From positions 1 to 55,748 of IMG/VR virus record IMGVR_UViG_3300023443_000216: a DNA stretch of 55,748 nucleotides; one strand, written 5' to 3'. A program made the position numbers and the translations under genes. Source of the stretch: a virus (taxonomy: Duplodnaviria > Caudoviricetes). Below the pieces are notes generated by a model. That model did no database searches and was not told the origin of the DNA. It saw nothing but the letters and a program-made list of their open reading frames with translations. How positions within the stretch are numbered: the first letter of the stretch is position 1; each line of letters starts with the position of its first letter. Positions 1-10,013 of this stretch are shown piece after piece.

Positions 1-194
1 CAACTGACGGATTCTCTCTCTGGTGAGTCCTAGATAATCTCCTATTTGTTGTAATGTTAGTGAATATTGATTTCTTTTTTTCATCATAAATTCATTGTAC
101 ACAAGCATTATCGGCAATGCCGCGTTCTTCAGAACGAAAAATCGGGATATGGTCCTATTGGCAAAGCATACACCTCTAGTAACCAAAGCCTTCT

Positions 195-223
195 AGTCTA
201 AGGTAATCATAGATATCTGTCAA
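195..223 (-). promoter_or_regulatory. Sigma70-like promoter, leftward
   Basis: TTGACA-N17-TAGACT on the minus strand, followed by RBS GAGGTG (171-176) and TTG at 164. Confidence 0.6.
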
Positions 224-226
224 GAC

Positions 227-254
227 TTGACAATAAGGTATAACTGTGTACAAT
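227..254 (+). promoter_or_regulatory. Sigma70-like promoter for the HNH gene (possibly leaderless)
   Basis: TTGACA-N16-TACAAT with ATG 6 nt downstream at 261. Its -35 box forms the palindrome TGTCAAGACTTGACA with the divergent promoter. Confidence 0.55.
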
Positions 255-776
255 GAATTTATGATGAAAAAAAGAAATCAATATTCACTAACATTACAAC
301 AAATAGGAGATTATCTAGGACTCACCAGAGAGAGAATCCGTCAGTTGGAAACCCAAAATCATCCAAGGTATCTAAATGCATGTGAATCATTAAAAGATCT
401 GAACAAAGAGAAAATAGCAATCAGAAACTATATAACTTGGAAAAAAGCCAACCCCGAATTGGAATACAAACAAAGATTCTATAATCGTACTACCCAAGTT
501 TTACATAGAAATGATTTAGGATATTGTTGGGTATGGGATGGTTGTATACACCAAAATGGTTATGCGAGAGTTTCGTTTAAAGGCCGTAGTACATGGGCAC
601 ACCAGACTAGCTATATTATAAGTCGTGGTCCCATTCCACCTTCTTTATGTGTCTTGCATCACTGTGATATTCGTGCTTGTGTCAATCCTGAACATCTGTA
701 TATTGGTACCTATAAAGATAATGCAAGGGATAGAGATACAAGAGGTAGAGGCAGATGGAAAAATAAAGTGCAATAA
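246..776 (+). CDS. HNH homing endonuclease with N-terminal sigma70-region-4-like HTH (start probably 261)
   Basis: HTH LTLQQIGDYLGLTRERIRQLE; HNH_3 motif CWVWDG...GYARV...VLHHCDIRACVNPEHLYIGTYKDNARD. Confidence 0.85.
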   Translation: MYNEFMMKKRNQYSLTLQQIGDYLGLTRERIRQLETQNHPRYLNACESLKDLNKEKIAIRNYITWKKANPELEYKQRFYNRTTQVLHRNDLGYCWVWDGCIHQNGYARVSFKGRSTWAHQTSYIISRGPIPPSLCVLHHCDIRACVNPEHLYIGTYKDNARDRDTRGRGRWKNKVQ

Positions 777-801
777 AAAAAGGAAGCCATTTCTGACTCC
801 C
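775..801 (-). terminator. Intrinsic terminator ending the minus-strand sugar operon
   Basis: GGGAGTCA-GAAA-TGGCTTCC hairpin followed by T7 on the minus strand. Confidence 0.75.
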
Positions 802-836
802 TCTAAAGGACCGAGTACCGCTTTACCGAAGCTACA

Positions 837-1088
837 TTAACACTCTATCGTCACCATATCTGGTCTATTGGCAAGTAAGCACTTAGTACCATCACTCATA
901 GTAATCTCATAAAGGTCTACTAGCTTAACACTGGATTTGAATTCAACAGAAAAAGGAACTACTTCTTCTACAACTGATTGTCGTGTTGGTAAAAGACCAA
1001 ATAATAATCCAGACATACTAGCTACAAGTAACACACCGATCAATGTTATTATTAACGTTTTTGCCATTATGCCGTAAACTGTCTCCAA
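837..1088 (-). CDS. Hypothetical membrane-anchored protein
   Basis: N-terminal hydrophobic helix; in series with neighbouring genes. Confidence 0.55.
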   Translation of the reverse strand: METVYGIMAKTLIITLIGVLLVASMSGLLFGLLPTRQSVVEEVVPFSVEFKSSVKLVDLYEITMSDGTKCLLANRPDMVTIEC

Positions 1089-1252
1089 TAAAGATCCGCT
1101 ACATCACGTGCTGGTATGGCTATATGGTCACAAGAATATAACTGTTCTTTGTCATTGTAGTTCCATCTGCATTCTCTTTCCGGACTGTGCATCTCTCTGT
1201 GTAATCGTTTGAGTATAGCATGTATTTGTTTATCGGTAGTACACTGCGCCAC
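1067..1252 (-). CDS. Hypothetical protein
   Basis: Short ORF coupled to the upstream stop. Confidence 0.45.
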   Translation of the reverse strand: MAQCTTDKQIHAILKRLHREMHSPERECRWNYNDKEQLYSCDHIAIPARDVADLYWRQFTA

Positions 1253-1530
1253 TATCTATGATACCTCGGACAATCACACAACTTACATTTTCCAATAACA
1301 CTACCGCGAATATATCTCAATCCTAGCGTAACAACTACATGATCATTTTTATGGTGTTCACAGCAAGCATTTTTGTTGTTACGCTCAATCCAATCATCGT
1401 CTTTAGTCAATGTACGCTCTCTACGTATGAACTCAGCTACTACAACAGTGCCTATCAGGAATATCAAAACCCAAAAAGAAAACAAAAATACAGTACCTAA
1501 TTGCACAAGTAGATTAAGTTGTGTCTCCAT
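1252..1530 (-). CDS. Hypothetical membrane protein with Cys/His-rich C-terminus
   Basis: TM segment then CxCxHH...H...CxxCxC. Confidence 0.55.
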   Translation of the reverse strand: METQLNLLVQLGTVFLFSFWVLIFLIGTVVVAEFIRRERTLTKDDDWIERNNKNACCEHHKNDHVVVTLGLRYIRGSVIGKCKLCDCPRYHR

Positions 1531-2203
1531 CCCTTATTTCCTCTCTAAGATCCCAACACAGCATTATATTATCAAATAGTGGTGCATCACCAAATACAAC
1601 TAAAGCCCAACCACGCCACCCAAATTTAGGTTCATAATTGGGATAGATAAGCTGCTTAACTCTAGGCATCAACTCCTCTGGTATATCCTCTACAATCTTT
1701 TCCCAACTTAGCTTACCATAAGACTCATACCAATCATAACCAAAATCTGGACGTTCTGGCACAAGGAAGTCATCAAAGAGTATATACCCACCGCTCCAAC
1801 GTTCTAAGATTATAGCAGTCTCTTCCCCTAGATCGCAACCCCAACCATGACTATGTGCATCAAGCCAGAAAAGTGTAGGCAAACTATATGGGGTAATTTC
1901 TTTCAAAAAATCTAAGCTGTGTTTATTATATGGTTGTATGTTGTTATGATTAGCAAAATTCTTACATGCGGTTTCTAGTGTCTTAAAATCGGTTTCAGCA
2001 GTAAAACATTCTACATGTGGATACATCCTAGCAAAATAACCTACAGTACTACCAGCCTCTGTACCAGTCTCTACAAATTGATTTACATGTTCAGCAAGTG
2101 TATCAACTACCTGCAAAAGATAAGGGTCACCGTGAAATCCAGTAGGACAGTAGATATTTATACGCCTTGCATTATCGTCTATTTCATTTTTTACCGTTGA
2201 CAT
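1514..2203 (-). CDS. Class I SAM-dependent methyltransferase-like protein
   Basis: FVETGTEAGST (motif I-like), LFWLDAH, YILFDDF; located in the sugar cluster. Confidence 0.65.
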   Translation of the reverse strand: MSTVKNEIDDNARRINIYCPTGFHGDPYLLQVVDTLAEHVNQFVETGTEAGSTVGYFARMYPHVECFTAETDFKTLETACKNFANHNNIQPYNKHSLDFLKEITPYSLPTLFWLDAHSHGWGCDLGEETAIILERWSGGYILFDDFLVPERPDFGYDWYESYGKLSWEKIVEDIPEELMPRVKQLIYPNYEPKFGWRGWALVVFGDAPLFDNIMLCWDLREEIRDGDTT

Positions 2204-2283
2204 CTAGCTCACCAATTCCCTAATGAAAATCACAAACATCATAGTCGTAATACCTAAACCAAACCCGAATATAACCTGGTGAC

Positions 2284-3468
2284 CTATGGACATACTTCCT
2301 CCAACTTATCCACAACTCTACCAGCACTCTTAGCTGTACAAAACTTACTCTCAAACGTCTCCCTTGCTGCATGTCCCATTTCCAATCTTTTATCTGGTGA
2401 TGCTGATAGATACCTAATTGATGCTGCAATATCCCAACCATTATCCAAAAGTGCGACATTTACTCCATTCTCAAACTCAGGTTGTCCTAGACCATTGGCA
2501 CTGTGAGCTACAATACAAGATCCAAGAGACATAGCCTCTACCAACCGTGTACGCACTCCTACAGTAATAGCAGTAGGGCATAAGAATATATCAGCCTGCA
2601 ACATTTCTTTGCGTATGTCTTCTACATAACCTACAAACTCTATCTGAGGATACTGTTGAAATCTATTCTTCAAATCTGACATGAGAATATCACCACCACA
2701 GATACGCCATTCATAATCATCTATGTCGTCCATACACGGTAGTATATTTTCGACCAAATAGTACAAACTAGACAGTGTAGCCATACCTGTAAGGTGACCT
2801 GCTAGAAGTATACGTGGTTTGGAATTATTAGGCATATCCTCCTTACGCCTACGCCAACCAGGAAAAACAGAATCAGGAACAGGCATGGGTAGATATTCCA
2901 TTTGAAGTCCTATACTTTGAAACCATTTAGCACTCTGTTCAGCAGTACAAAAAGCATAATCACAAGATTGAACCAAAGGCAGATATGCTTGTTTTTTTGA
3001 TATACTACGATTGTGTATCTGTACAATTTCGTTGTAGTTCAACACCCTATCCCTGTGTTCATATTGCATACGGTAACAATCTATCAGGTGTTCAGGATCA
3101 CCCACTAAAACAACACGAGGTACAGATTGGTCATAAGCAGCACACCATGCCATATGCCAAGACCCTAAACTGGTGATAACATCCGGTTGGATCTGTGCCA
3201 ACATTTCTGAAATGGCCATAGGATGAAGACCACGCTTGAAATCCATTGCAACAACCTGCACACCTCTAGCACGTAGTGCGGCAATACCATATTGATCTTC
3301 TTGTGATAAATTACCTTCACTATCTACTGAGCCTGTAATATAGAGAACAAATATTTGATGGCCACGCGCACGCAACTCTTCAGTGATAGCCCATTGATTA
3401 AGCTTGGGACCACCTCCTGTAGACATAGGTAAATTACGTTCACATACCATTACTACTTTCATTATCAC
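2284..3468 (-). CDS. GT-B glycosyltransferase (GT4-like; start probably 3462)
   Basis: GG...ITEELRARGHQI N-terminus; FVGYVEDIRKEMLQADIFLCP...RLVEAMSLGSCIV; RLEMGHAARE. Confidence 0.9.
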   Translation of the reverse strand: MIMKVVMVCERNLPMSTGGGPKLNQWAITEELRARGHQIFVLYITGSVDSEGNLSQEDQYGIAALRARGVQVVAMDFKRGLHPMAISEMLAQIQPDVITSLGSWHMAWCAAYDQSVPRVVLVGDPEHLIDCYRMQYEHRDRVLNYNEIVQIHNRSISKKQAYLPLVQSCDYAFCTAEQSAKWFQSIGLQMEYLPMPVPDSVFPGWRRRKEDMPNNSKPRILLAGHLTGMATLSSLYYLVENILPCMDDIDDYEWRICGGDILMSDLKNRFQQYPQIEFVGYVEDIRKEMLQADIFLCPTAITVGVRTRLVEAMSLGSCIVAHSANGLGQPEFENGVNVALLDNGWDIAASIRYLSASPDKRLEMGHAARETFESKFCTAKSAGRVVDKLEEVCP

Positions 3469-4303
3469 GTTCCTCCATTATCACATCTGTTAAACCGTGT
3501 CTTAAAATATTTAGCCCTACCTGCTCTATCGCTATTTCTCTAGATAGCCATTCTATTTTGTCATACTTAAGATATGGATAATTTTTAAAGTAATCATTGT
3601 TCCATCTTGTAGCTTGGAGCATATTATAGGTTTCTGCCCACTTACGAAATTCACCTGGATCTTCAGCAATATTATTTAGATACCAAAATTGTTCAGCCAA
3701 TAGTGATCCAGCTTTTTGGTATTTACTTCTGATAGTGATATCATCTTCCATCTTCACTCGCATATAGTGTTGATAACATGCGTCAACATCAGACAAAGAC
3801 AACCGGCGATTAACTTTAGCAACTAATACTTTATGAAAACGTTCTATTTGGGTTAACATACCATTAGCTAGTAATGCATCTAAACATATAGTTACAGCCA
3901 GATTTGCAATATCTCCCCTTATAGAAGTTTCGTAATCATCAAAAATTACAATCCCTTCTTCAGATAAGTGTGGTATCCATACATCTATGTCTGTTATGAT
4001 GCTCTTGAAATCGTGACCACCATCAACAAAAAGTAAATCTATCGTACCATTGTTCCATTCATTAGCAGCAGTCTGAGAGTCTATACCTAAAAAATTAACA
4101 CCTAAACTGGTTAATACATCATCAATCCCAGAGTATGGATATGGATCAATCGTGTACACAGTAGCGTTAGATGTACTCTTTAATAACCAAGCAGTACCGC
4201 CAAGTCCTGTACCTATCTCTACTACTATCCCTGTTTGTGGAACATTAACAGCATATTTACGTATTTGCTCCCATTCCCTATCCGTAAAATCTGTATGAAG
4301 CAC
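3440..4303 (-). CDS. SAM-dependent methyltransferase (Methyltransf_24-like) with C-terminal extension
   Basis: VVEIGTGLGGT, VYTIDPY, IDLLFVDGGHDF, GIVIFDDY. Confidence 0.85.
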   Translation of the reverse strand: MLHTDFTDREWEQIRKYAVNVPQTGIVVEIGTGLGGTAWLLKSTSNATVYTIDPYPYSGIDDVLTSLGVNFLGIDSQTAANEWNNGTIDLLFVDGGHDFKSIITDIDVWIPHLSEEGIVIFDDYETSIRGDIANLAVTICLDALLANGMLTQIERFHKVLVAKVNRRLSLSDVDACYQHYMRVKMEDDITIRSKYQKAGSLLAEQFWYLNNIAEDPGEFRKWAETYNMLQATRWNNDYFKNYPYLKYDKIEWLSREIAIEQVGLNILRHGLTDVIMEERDNESSNGM

Positions 4304-5232
4304 TAAGTACTCCCTAAAAAGAATTCATGCTGGTTGTATATCTCTCGTATCTCTTCCACTTCATCATCTGACAAGGCAACAGATCTTATATTCTCCAACA
4401 CTTCTTCAACATGCATCATGCCTGGTATCGTAGTAGATATAGCATCATGTGCAAGAACAAATCCTAAAGCTAACTGTGCTGCTGTTCTATTACCCTCAAG
4501 GTGTTCAAACAACATAGGTGCATCAGCCCATACTTTTATTTGGCGATTAGACCAATGCCTTCTGTGATCATCCTTCCCCATGCTACCTATGTAACCTTTA
4601 AGCACATTTGATAGAAACCCAAAACACAAAGGCGTACGTGCTATGACCCCAATTCCCAAATGAACAGCTTTATCAAATAATTCATTGTCTCTAGCACGTT
4701 GATCAATCATTGAGAAATTAGTTTGTATGACTTCTATGCAATCTACAAAGCGAAAATCATACGGTGAATCTAGTGATATGCCAATAGATCTAATCTTCCC
4801 CTCATCCTTAAAAGTCATCATCAGTGATAAAGCACTAGCAACCATTTCTACGGGTGGGCTATGCAACTGGTATACATCTATGTAATCTGTCCTAAGACGC
4901 CTTAAACTGGCTTCTAGTGCACTCCTGAGATGTTCTGGTGAGAAGTCCTGGGGTGCAGGAGGTGTAGTGTGATATAAGCTCCCGCCTTTAGTGGCTATGA
5001 CAACCTCATGCCGGACTTTCTCAAACACTTTACCTATAAGTTCTTCACTGTGCCCATCGCCATAGATATCAGCAGTATCATAGAAATTGATACCATTTGC
5101 ATAAGCTGCTTCTAGTGTTCGTTTGGATTCTTTGTCTTTTGTTGGACCATAAGCATCTCCCCCTATGCCCCATGCACCAAACCCAATTTCCGAGACTTCA
5201 ATACCTGTGTTACCTAATTGTCTATATTTCAT
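4303..5232 (-). CDS. Aldo/keto reductase
   Basis: YRQLGNTGIEVSEIGFGAW, GINFYDTADIYGDGHSEE, SLRRLRTDYIDVYQLH. Confidence 0.95.
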   Translation of the reverse strand: MKYRQLGNTGIEVSEIGFGAWGIGGDAYGPTKDKESKRTLEAAYANGINFYDTADIYGDGHSEELIGKVFEKVRHEVVIATKGGSLYHTTPPAPQDFSPEHLRSALEASLRRLRTDYIDVYQLHSPPVEMVASALSLMMTFKDEGKIRSIGISLDSPYDFRFVDCIEVIQTNFSMIDQRARDNELFDKAVHLGIGVIARTPLCFGFLSNVLKGYIGSMGKDDHRRHWSNRQIKVWADAPMLFEHLEGNRTAAQLALGFVLAHDAISTTIPGMMHVEEVLENIRSVALSDDEVEEIREIYNQHEFFLGST

Positions 5233-5501
5233 AATTTCAAATTGGGATATCTATCTAAAATCAATTGACGCAATACATCAGTATCCTTCCGCCTGACAAA
5301 TGATTTATTCTCTGAACGTAAATAGATTAAAGTAGCACGAAAACTATCCTCCAATCTACGCATACAGGTATCACAAAACCAAACCTCTTCTATATCCCCA
5401 TGTTCACGGACACTCTGATTAGGAATATACCTGTAATCATCATTACCTGCCAGTAAAATTGAGAAAATACCTTCTTGAAAACATCCATTACAATTATTCA
5501 T
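5229..5501 (-). CDS. Hypothetical protein with two CxxC motifs
   Basis: CNGC...CDTC; coupled to both neighbours. Confidence 0.55.
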   Translation of the reverse strand: MNNCNGCFQEGIFSILLAGNDDYRYIPNQSVREHGDIEEVWFCDTCMRRLEDSFRATLIYLRSENKSFVRRKDTDVLRQLILDRYPNLKL

Positions 5502-6468
5502 TATTTCTTATCTTACTTCCTGTCCGTATCTTCTCTGGATCTGTTTCCATCATGTTCTTGTACCATAGTATAGTCTGTTGGAGTGCTACTTTAAAGGGGG
5601 TATACTCGAAATTAGATAGATTGATGAAGCGTGAATTGTCTGTACTCTTGTGGTAGGGTCCACTGGGTTTACTGGTATCCCATTTAATGCGTTCTGGATC
5701 AACGTCCATTTCTTCAGCAATCATAAGGGCGATAGCACTAACACTATTCTCTTCAGTGGTTCCTACATTTAATATCTGTTCTTCGTCATAGTTCTCAAGA
5801 CACCACATGTATGCCCTAGCTAAATCCTGAGCATAGGTTATCTCTCGTAATGGTGTACCATCTCCCCACAACTCTATATCGGGCCATTGATAACGATCTC
5901 CCCACCACGCTTTGTAGAACTTCCCGATAAGTGCAGCAGTCATGTTGCTGTCTTCAGGACCAAAATAATCATTCTCACCAAAGATACCATTAGGAACAAG
6001 ACCTATAACATTAATACCATATTCCTGCCGGTAGGCTCTAATCATAGGATCAATCAAACGTTTAGCAGAAGCATAGGCGTAGTTGGATTTATCTGGTCGC
6101 CCATAATATATATGATATTCTATCCGTGGATCTATATCATTAGGAGGATACATACCAGAAGATAAGGTCATAATAACCTTTTTAACACCACACAACCTAG
6201 CTGCTTCCAAGACATTCAAATCCATACGCACGTTGTCCCTGAGAAGCGTAGCAGGATGATCAGCACTTATACCCACACCCCCACTAACAGCAGCACAGTG
6301 GATAACATAATCTGGATTAATGGTTCTCATTTCTGAAACAGTGTTTAGTGCTAATCGTAAATCGTGCTTAGAATCCCAATAGAAAAACTTATACCATTGA
6401 TGATTATCCTCAATAGCCTTAAATGCAGAACCTAGAACACCATTACCGCCAGTTATTAAGATTCTCAT
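5494..6468 (-). CDS. GDP-L-fucose synthase-like NDP-sugar epimerase/reductase (extended SDR)
   Basis: ILITGGNGVLG, HCAAVSGG, YASAK (YxxxK), WGDGTPLRE, WDTSKPSG. Confidence 0.88.
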   Translation of the reverse strand: MRILITGGNGVLGSAFKAIEDNHQWYKFFYWDSKHDLRLALNTVSEMRTINPDYVIHCAAVSGGVGISADHPATLLRDNVRMDLNVLEAARLCGVKKVIMTLSSGMYPPNDIDPRIEYHIYYGRPDKSNYAYASAKRLIDPMIRAYRQEYGINVIGLVPNGIFGENDYFGPEDSNMTAALIGKFYKAWWGDRYQWPDIELWGDGTPLREITYAQDLARAYMWCLENYDEEQILNVGTTEENSVSAIALMIAEEMDVDPERIKWDTSKPSGPYHKSTDNSRFINLSNFEYTPFKVALQQTILWYKNMMETDPEKIRTGSKIRNNE

Positions 6469-7406
6469 ACACTCCTTACTGGTCCCATACTACTACAAAC
6501 ATTCATCACAGTTTTAACGATACCATCCACATCACACCCCCATTCTTTGTGCAACTCCTCTCGTGTGTGTACACCTATTACAAGTTCATCTGGTGGTCCT
6601 AATCGTAGAAGTTTTGGGGGATCAGCATGATCAGCATAGTACGAAGCAATAGAACTAAATAACCCCCCAATAGGGCTGTGTTCTTCCACCACAACAATCA
6701 TACCCGCTTCATCATATGCAAGATAATCTAACAGTCCAACATCCAAGGGTTTTATAGTGTGCATTTGATATGCTTCTATGCCAATATAATGTTTTTCTTC
6801 TAGTTTGAAGGCTGCTGCTATAGTATGCGTCGCCATATCCCCAGTACTAATGAATACAACCTCACTACCATTGTGTATCCTCCTTGCCTTACCTATTGTA
6901 ATTTCTTCTCCACAATAGTTGAGTTCACCATAACGTCCTATACGCATGTAAGAAGGACCATCTACAGCAAGTAGTTGTGGCAAGAGTGCTGATACTTCCT
7001 CTGGTGATCCTGGTGCAGTTACAATCATACCAGGCAACATGGACATCAACCCTAAGTCTTCAGCAGCGTGATGTGTGGGGCCAGCAGAAGCATAAGTATA
7101 TCCACCTCCAGCACCTATAAGAACAACAGGAAGCTTTTGGTAATTGACAGCAACACGTATCTGCTCGAAAGCACGTCCTGTTAAAAAAGAAGCGATACTG
7201 TATACAATAGGACGATAACCTTCCATAGCCAACCCTGCTGCAACATCTACCAAAGCTGCTTCAGCTATACCAACATTTATATACCTGTCTGGGAACTTTT
7301 CTTTATAGGAATCAAATACACCAAAGCCTAGATCTCCAACAAGGAGTATTACACGTTCATCATCTGTAGCAAGTTGTAAAAGTGTATCAGCTAAAGCTTT
7401 TCTCAT
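6465..7406 (-). CDS. Transketolase-like protein, C-terminal (pyrimidine-binding) subunit
   Basis: GDLGFG, NVGIAE, RAFEQIR, GPTHHA, VEEH. Confidence 0.93.
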   Translation of the reverse strand: MRKALADTLLQLATDDERVILLVGDLGFGVFDSYKEKFPDRYINVGIAEAALVDVAAGLAMEGYRPIVYSIASFLTGRAFEQIRVAVNYQKLPVVLIGAGGGYTYASAGPTHHAAEDLGLMSMLPGMIVTAPGSPEEVSALLPQLLAVDGPSYMRIGRYGELNYCGEEITIGKARRIHNGSEVVFISTGDMATHTIAAAFKLEEKHYIGIEAYQMHTIKPLDVGLLDYLAYDEAGMIVVVEEHSPIGGLFSSIASYYADHADPPKLLRLGPPDELVIGVHTREELHKEWGCDVDGIVKTVMNVCSSMGPVRSV

Positions 7407-8185
7407 GATTCCAACTCTATTAATGCATTAACTACTTCCTGAAAAGAGGGAACCCTGTAATGCCACAATACATCATCTTCCATAAAAGACACACCCTTAC
7501 CTGAAACTGTATTAGCAATCATAGCAAAAGGTAATTCTGCAGGATAGGGATTAATGGTCAGTTTATTAATAATTTCTTGAAAGTTATGTCCATCCACTCC
7601 AGCAGATTCCCATCCAAAAGCTCTAAACTTATTAACCAGCCAAGTTTCACCAGAGATATCGTCTGTCCTACCAACTGACTGTATTTTATTATAATCAACA
7701 ATAACTATGAGGTTATCAAGATTCTGTGCTCCAGCAAACTGTGCCGATTCCCAAACTGAGCCTTCATTGCACTCACCATCCCCCATAAGGACAACACAGC
7801 GTGCAGGAGAGTCTATCATCTTCAGTGCATAAGCAGCACCAGCAGCAATACCCAATCCATGACCAAGACTACCGGCAGACATACCTAAAAGTGGAAGTGT
7901 GTGTATATCAGGATGTGGCGTAAGTGGTGAACCAGGTGTAGCATATGAGTCTAGCCAGTCTTTGGGTATATAGCCCATCTCAGCATAGGTAGCGTAAAGT
8001 GCAGAACAAGCATGGCCCTTGCTGAAGTAGAACCTGTCAGATGGTCTGAGAAATCTTTTGTGGAGTGCCACTAGAATATCAACACAGGACAACGCACCAT
8101 TAAGATGCCCTTCACCACTATCATGAGACATCTGGACACACTTGGCACGTATACGCTTGGCACACTCTTCTAAGTCTTGGTACAT
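7403..8185 (-). CDS. Transketolase-like protein, N-terminal TPP-binding subunit
   Basis: GHLNGALSCVDIL, SKGH, GSLGHGL, GDGECNEGSVWE. Confidence 0.93.
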   Translation of the reverse strand: MYQDLEECAKRIRAKCVQMSHDSGEGHLNGALSCVDILVALHKRFLRPSDRFYFSKGHACSALYATYAEMGYIPKDWLDSYATPGSPLTPHPDIHTLPLLGMSAGSLGHGLGIAAGAAYALKMIDSPARCVVLMGDGECNEGSVWESAQFAGAQNLDNLIVIVDYNKIQSVGRTDDISGETWLVNKFRAFGWESAGVDGHNFQEIINKLTINPYPAELPFAMIANTVSGKGVSFMEDDVLWHYRVPSFQEVVNALIELES

Positions 8186-8297
8186 ACTCTCTCGTTAATC
8201 TGTTTTAGAATTTGGTCTATTTTCGTACGATTACCTTTAGCTATTACTTTTCTCAATCTACGTCTTTCTCTGGGAGTTAGTTGCAGTTGAAGGGGAT

Positions 8298-8510
8298 TTA
8301 TCTGAACATCCATGCCGTTTCTTTTCTAGCTTTCTTTCGACATTCTGGATAATCTTTATAATGCATCAGTATACGTTTTGTCCATACAGCAACAGGTTCT
8401 ATCCATATCTCATCTTCGCACATTGGACAAGTACAATAGATACTATGCTGTAAGCGAATCAAACAATTACAGATACTAATGTGCATCCCGTTCAGATAGT
8501 ATAGGTCCAA
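8298..8510 (-). CDS. Hypothetical Zn-finger-like protein
   Basis: CPMC...H...C; true start probably downstream of 8510. Confidence 0.35.
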   Translation of the reverse strand: MDLYYLNGMHISICNCLIRLQHSIYCTCPMCEDEIWIEPVAVWTKRILMHYKDYPECRKKARKETAWMFR

Positions 8511-9027
8511 GTAATGGTGTGTTACCGCCTGGAATATACCCTATAGGCCAATCAATAGCTAATTCTGGATCATTCCATTTGAGTGTAAACTGAGATTCAG
8601 GATCGTAGTAGGTTGATTGCTTGTAATGGAATACGGCTTTATCACTTAACACGTAGTGACCATTACCAAAACCTGGTGGTATCAAAACTTGTTGGTGGTT
8701 CTGATCTGACAGTATGAATTGTGTATGTTCATAATACTGAAGTGTATCCAACATGTTATTAACTACTACTAGATGGATAGTACCGCTCAAGCAGGATACC
8801 AGTTTCCAAGTCTTATAATCGCCATGTATGCCACGTAGGACATTGTAGTATGAAACAGATATATCATCTTGAACAAAATCTATATCCATACCATGATCAT
8901 AAAACCCATTCTTGATATTACGATATGTGTATTCATTGTATGTCTCTGCATATTCACCACGATGATCCTTGAACACATCTGGAGTTATGAGAAGGACACC
9001 ATCAAGTTTAGTCTTTTCTACTTTCAT
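8476..9027 (-). CDS. rmlC: dTDP-4-dehydrorhamnose 3,5-epimerase family (RmlC-like)
   Basis: FKDHRG...FVQDDIS...VLRGIH...IPPGFGNGH...WNDPELAIDWP. Confidence 0.9.
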   Translation of the reverse strand: MKVEKTKLDGVLLITPDVFKDHRGEYAETYNEYTYRNIKNGFYDHGMDIDFVQDDISVSYYNVLRGIHGDYKTWKLVSCLSGTIHLVVVNNMLDTLQYYEHTQFILSDQNHQQVLIPPGFGNGHYVLSDKAVFHYKQSTYYDPESQFTLKWNDPELAIDWPIGYIPGGNTPLLGPILSERDAH

Positions 9028-10013
9028 GAGATAATCTTACTCCCTTCAGACTCGAATTTAAATGGTACATGTACTAAATTGGATAACCTTTGGAGAACAT
9101 CTGGTTGATATTGAGGTTCACAGAAGATGAGCATGAAACCACCACCACCAGATCCTAGAAGTTTACCACCTAGCGCACCAGCAGATAAAGCAGAAGTATA
9201 GATATCGTCAATGTAAAAGTTGGTGACATTAGATACTGAATCCTTCTTAAGTTGCCAAGCCTCATCAAGTAATAACCCAAAATCTGTAATAGCATAATTA
9301 CTAGTTAGAATAGATACACCATCTTTGACCATACTAGCCATACGTCTTAAAACAGTCATTTGATTTTGGGTGTAGTGTTGATGATTAATATCTACATATC
9401 CTGGCTGTCTAGGGGCTGTATAAAACAGCATAAGATGCGATTGGAATTCTTCTAACCTGTCTGGTTCCAACTCTATAGGGAGTACAGCATTGGTACCAGT
9501 GGGATGCCAAACAATCTGATTGAGTCCACCATACGCGCACAGTATCTGATCTTGTGATCCTACATTTTCTTTAAGTATGTCATGTTCAACTTGAGTGGCA
9601 GATCTAGCTAACATCTCTTTGTATGATTCGTCTTGAGGTTTCCAATTACAAAAAGGCTCAGGAGCTAAACCATTTAACAATCCCACAACAAAAGCAGAGG
9701 AAGACCCTATACCGCTCTGTGCGGGTAAATCACGAGCATAGTAGACCTCAGCACCATCATCAATCCCAAGGTACCCCAGTGTGGCTCTCACGGCCTTGTG
9801 GCGTATCTCCTCTAACGTAGCACACTCCTCAAGCTCAGAATACAAAATGCGAAAGTTGTGAGTAGTGAATGGTGATTTAGGACCTACAGTAAGATAAACG
9901 TATTTGTCGATAGTTGCGCCTAGCACCATACCTATATGATGGTTGTACCAGCTGCTATAATCCGTTCCGCCTCCTAAAAACGATATCCTAAATGGAGTAC
10001 GACTTATAATCAA
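9024..10013 (-). CDS. hddA: D-glycero-D-manno-heptose 7-phosphate kinase-like GHMP kinase
   Basis: IISRTPFRISFLGGGTD, LPAQSGIGSSSAF, GSQDQ, GGKLLGSGGGGF. The TTG start at 10013 overlaps the HNH TGA stop. Confidence 0.88.
   Translation of the reverse strand: MIISRTPFRISFLGGGTDYSSWYNHHIGMVLGATIDKYVYLTVGPKSPFTTHNFRILYSELEECATLEEIRHKAVRATLGYLGIDDGAEVYYARDLPAQSGIGSSSAFVVGLLNGLAPEPFCNWKPQDESYKEMLARSATQVEHDILKENVGSQDQILCAYGGLNQIVWHPTGTNAVLPIELEPDRLEEFQSHLMLFYTAPRQPGYVDINHQHYTQNQMTVLRRMASMVKDGVSILTSNYAITDFGLLLDEAWQLKKDSVSNVTNFYIDDIYTSALSAGALGGKLLGSGGGGFMLIFCEPQYQPDVLQRLSNLVHVPFKFESEGSKIIS

Larger units (their letters stand above)
1..347. repeat. Perfect 103-bp inverted repeat (1-103 vs 245-347) around a 141-bp spacer
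   Basis: The reverse complement of 1-103 is identical to 245-347 (tgtgtacaatgaattt...atccgtcagttg). The left arm runs to the window edge, so this may be a fold-back artefact. Confidence 0.9.

Noticed and set aside
802-836. tRNA-like D-arm (GTAGCTTCGGTAAAGC) on the minus strand
   Set aside because: No T-loop consensus or acceptor stem; the downstream hairpin is better explained as a terminator.
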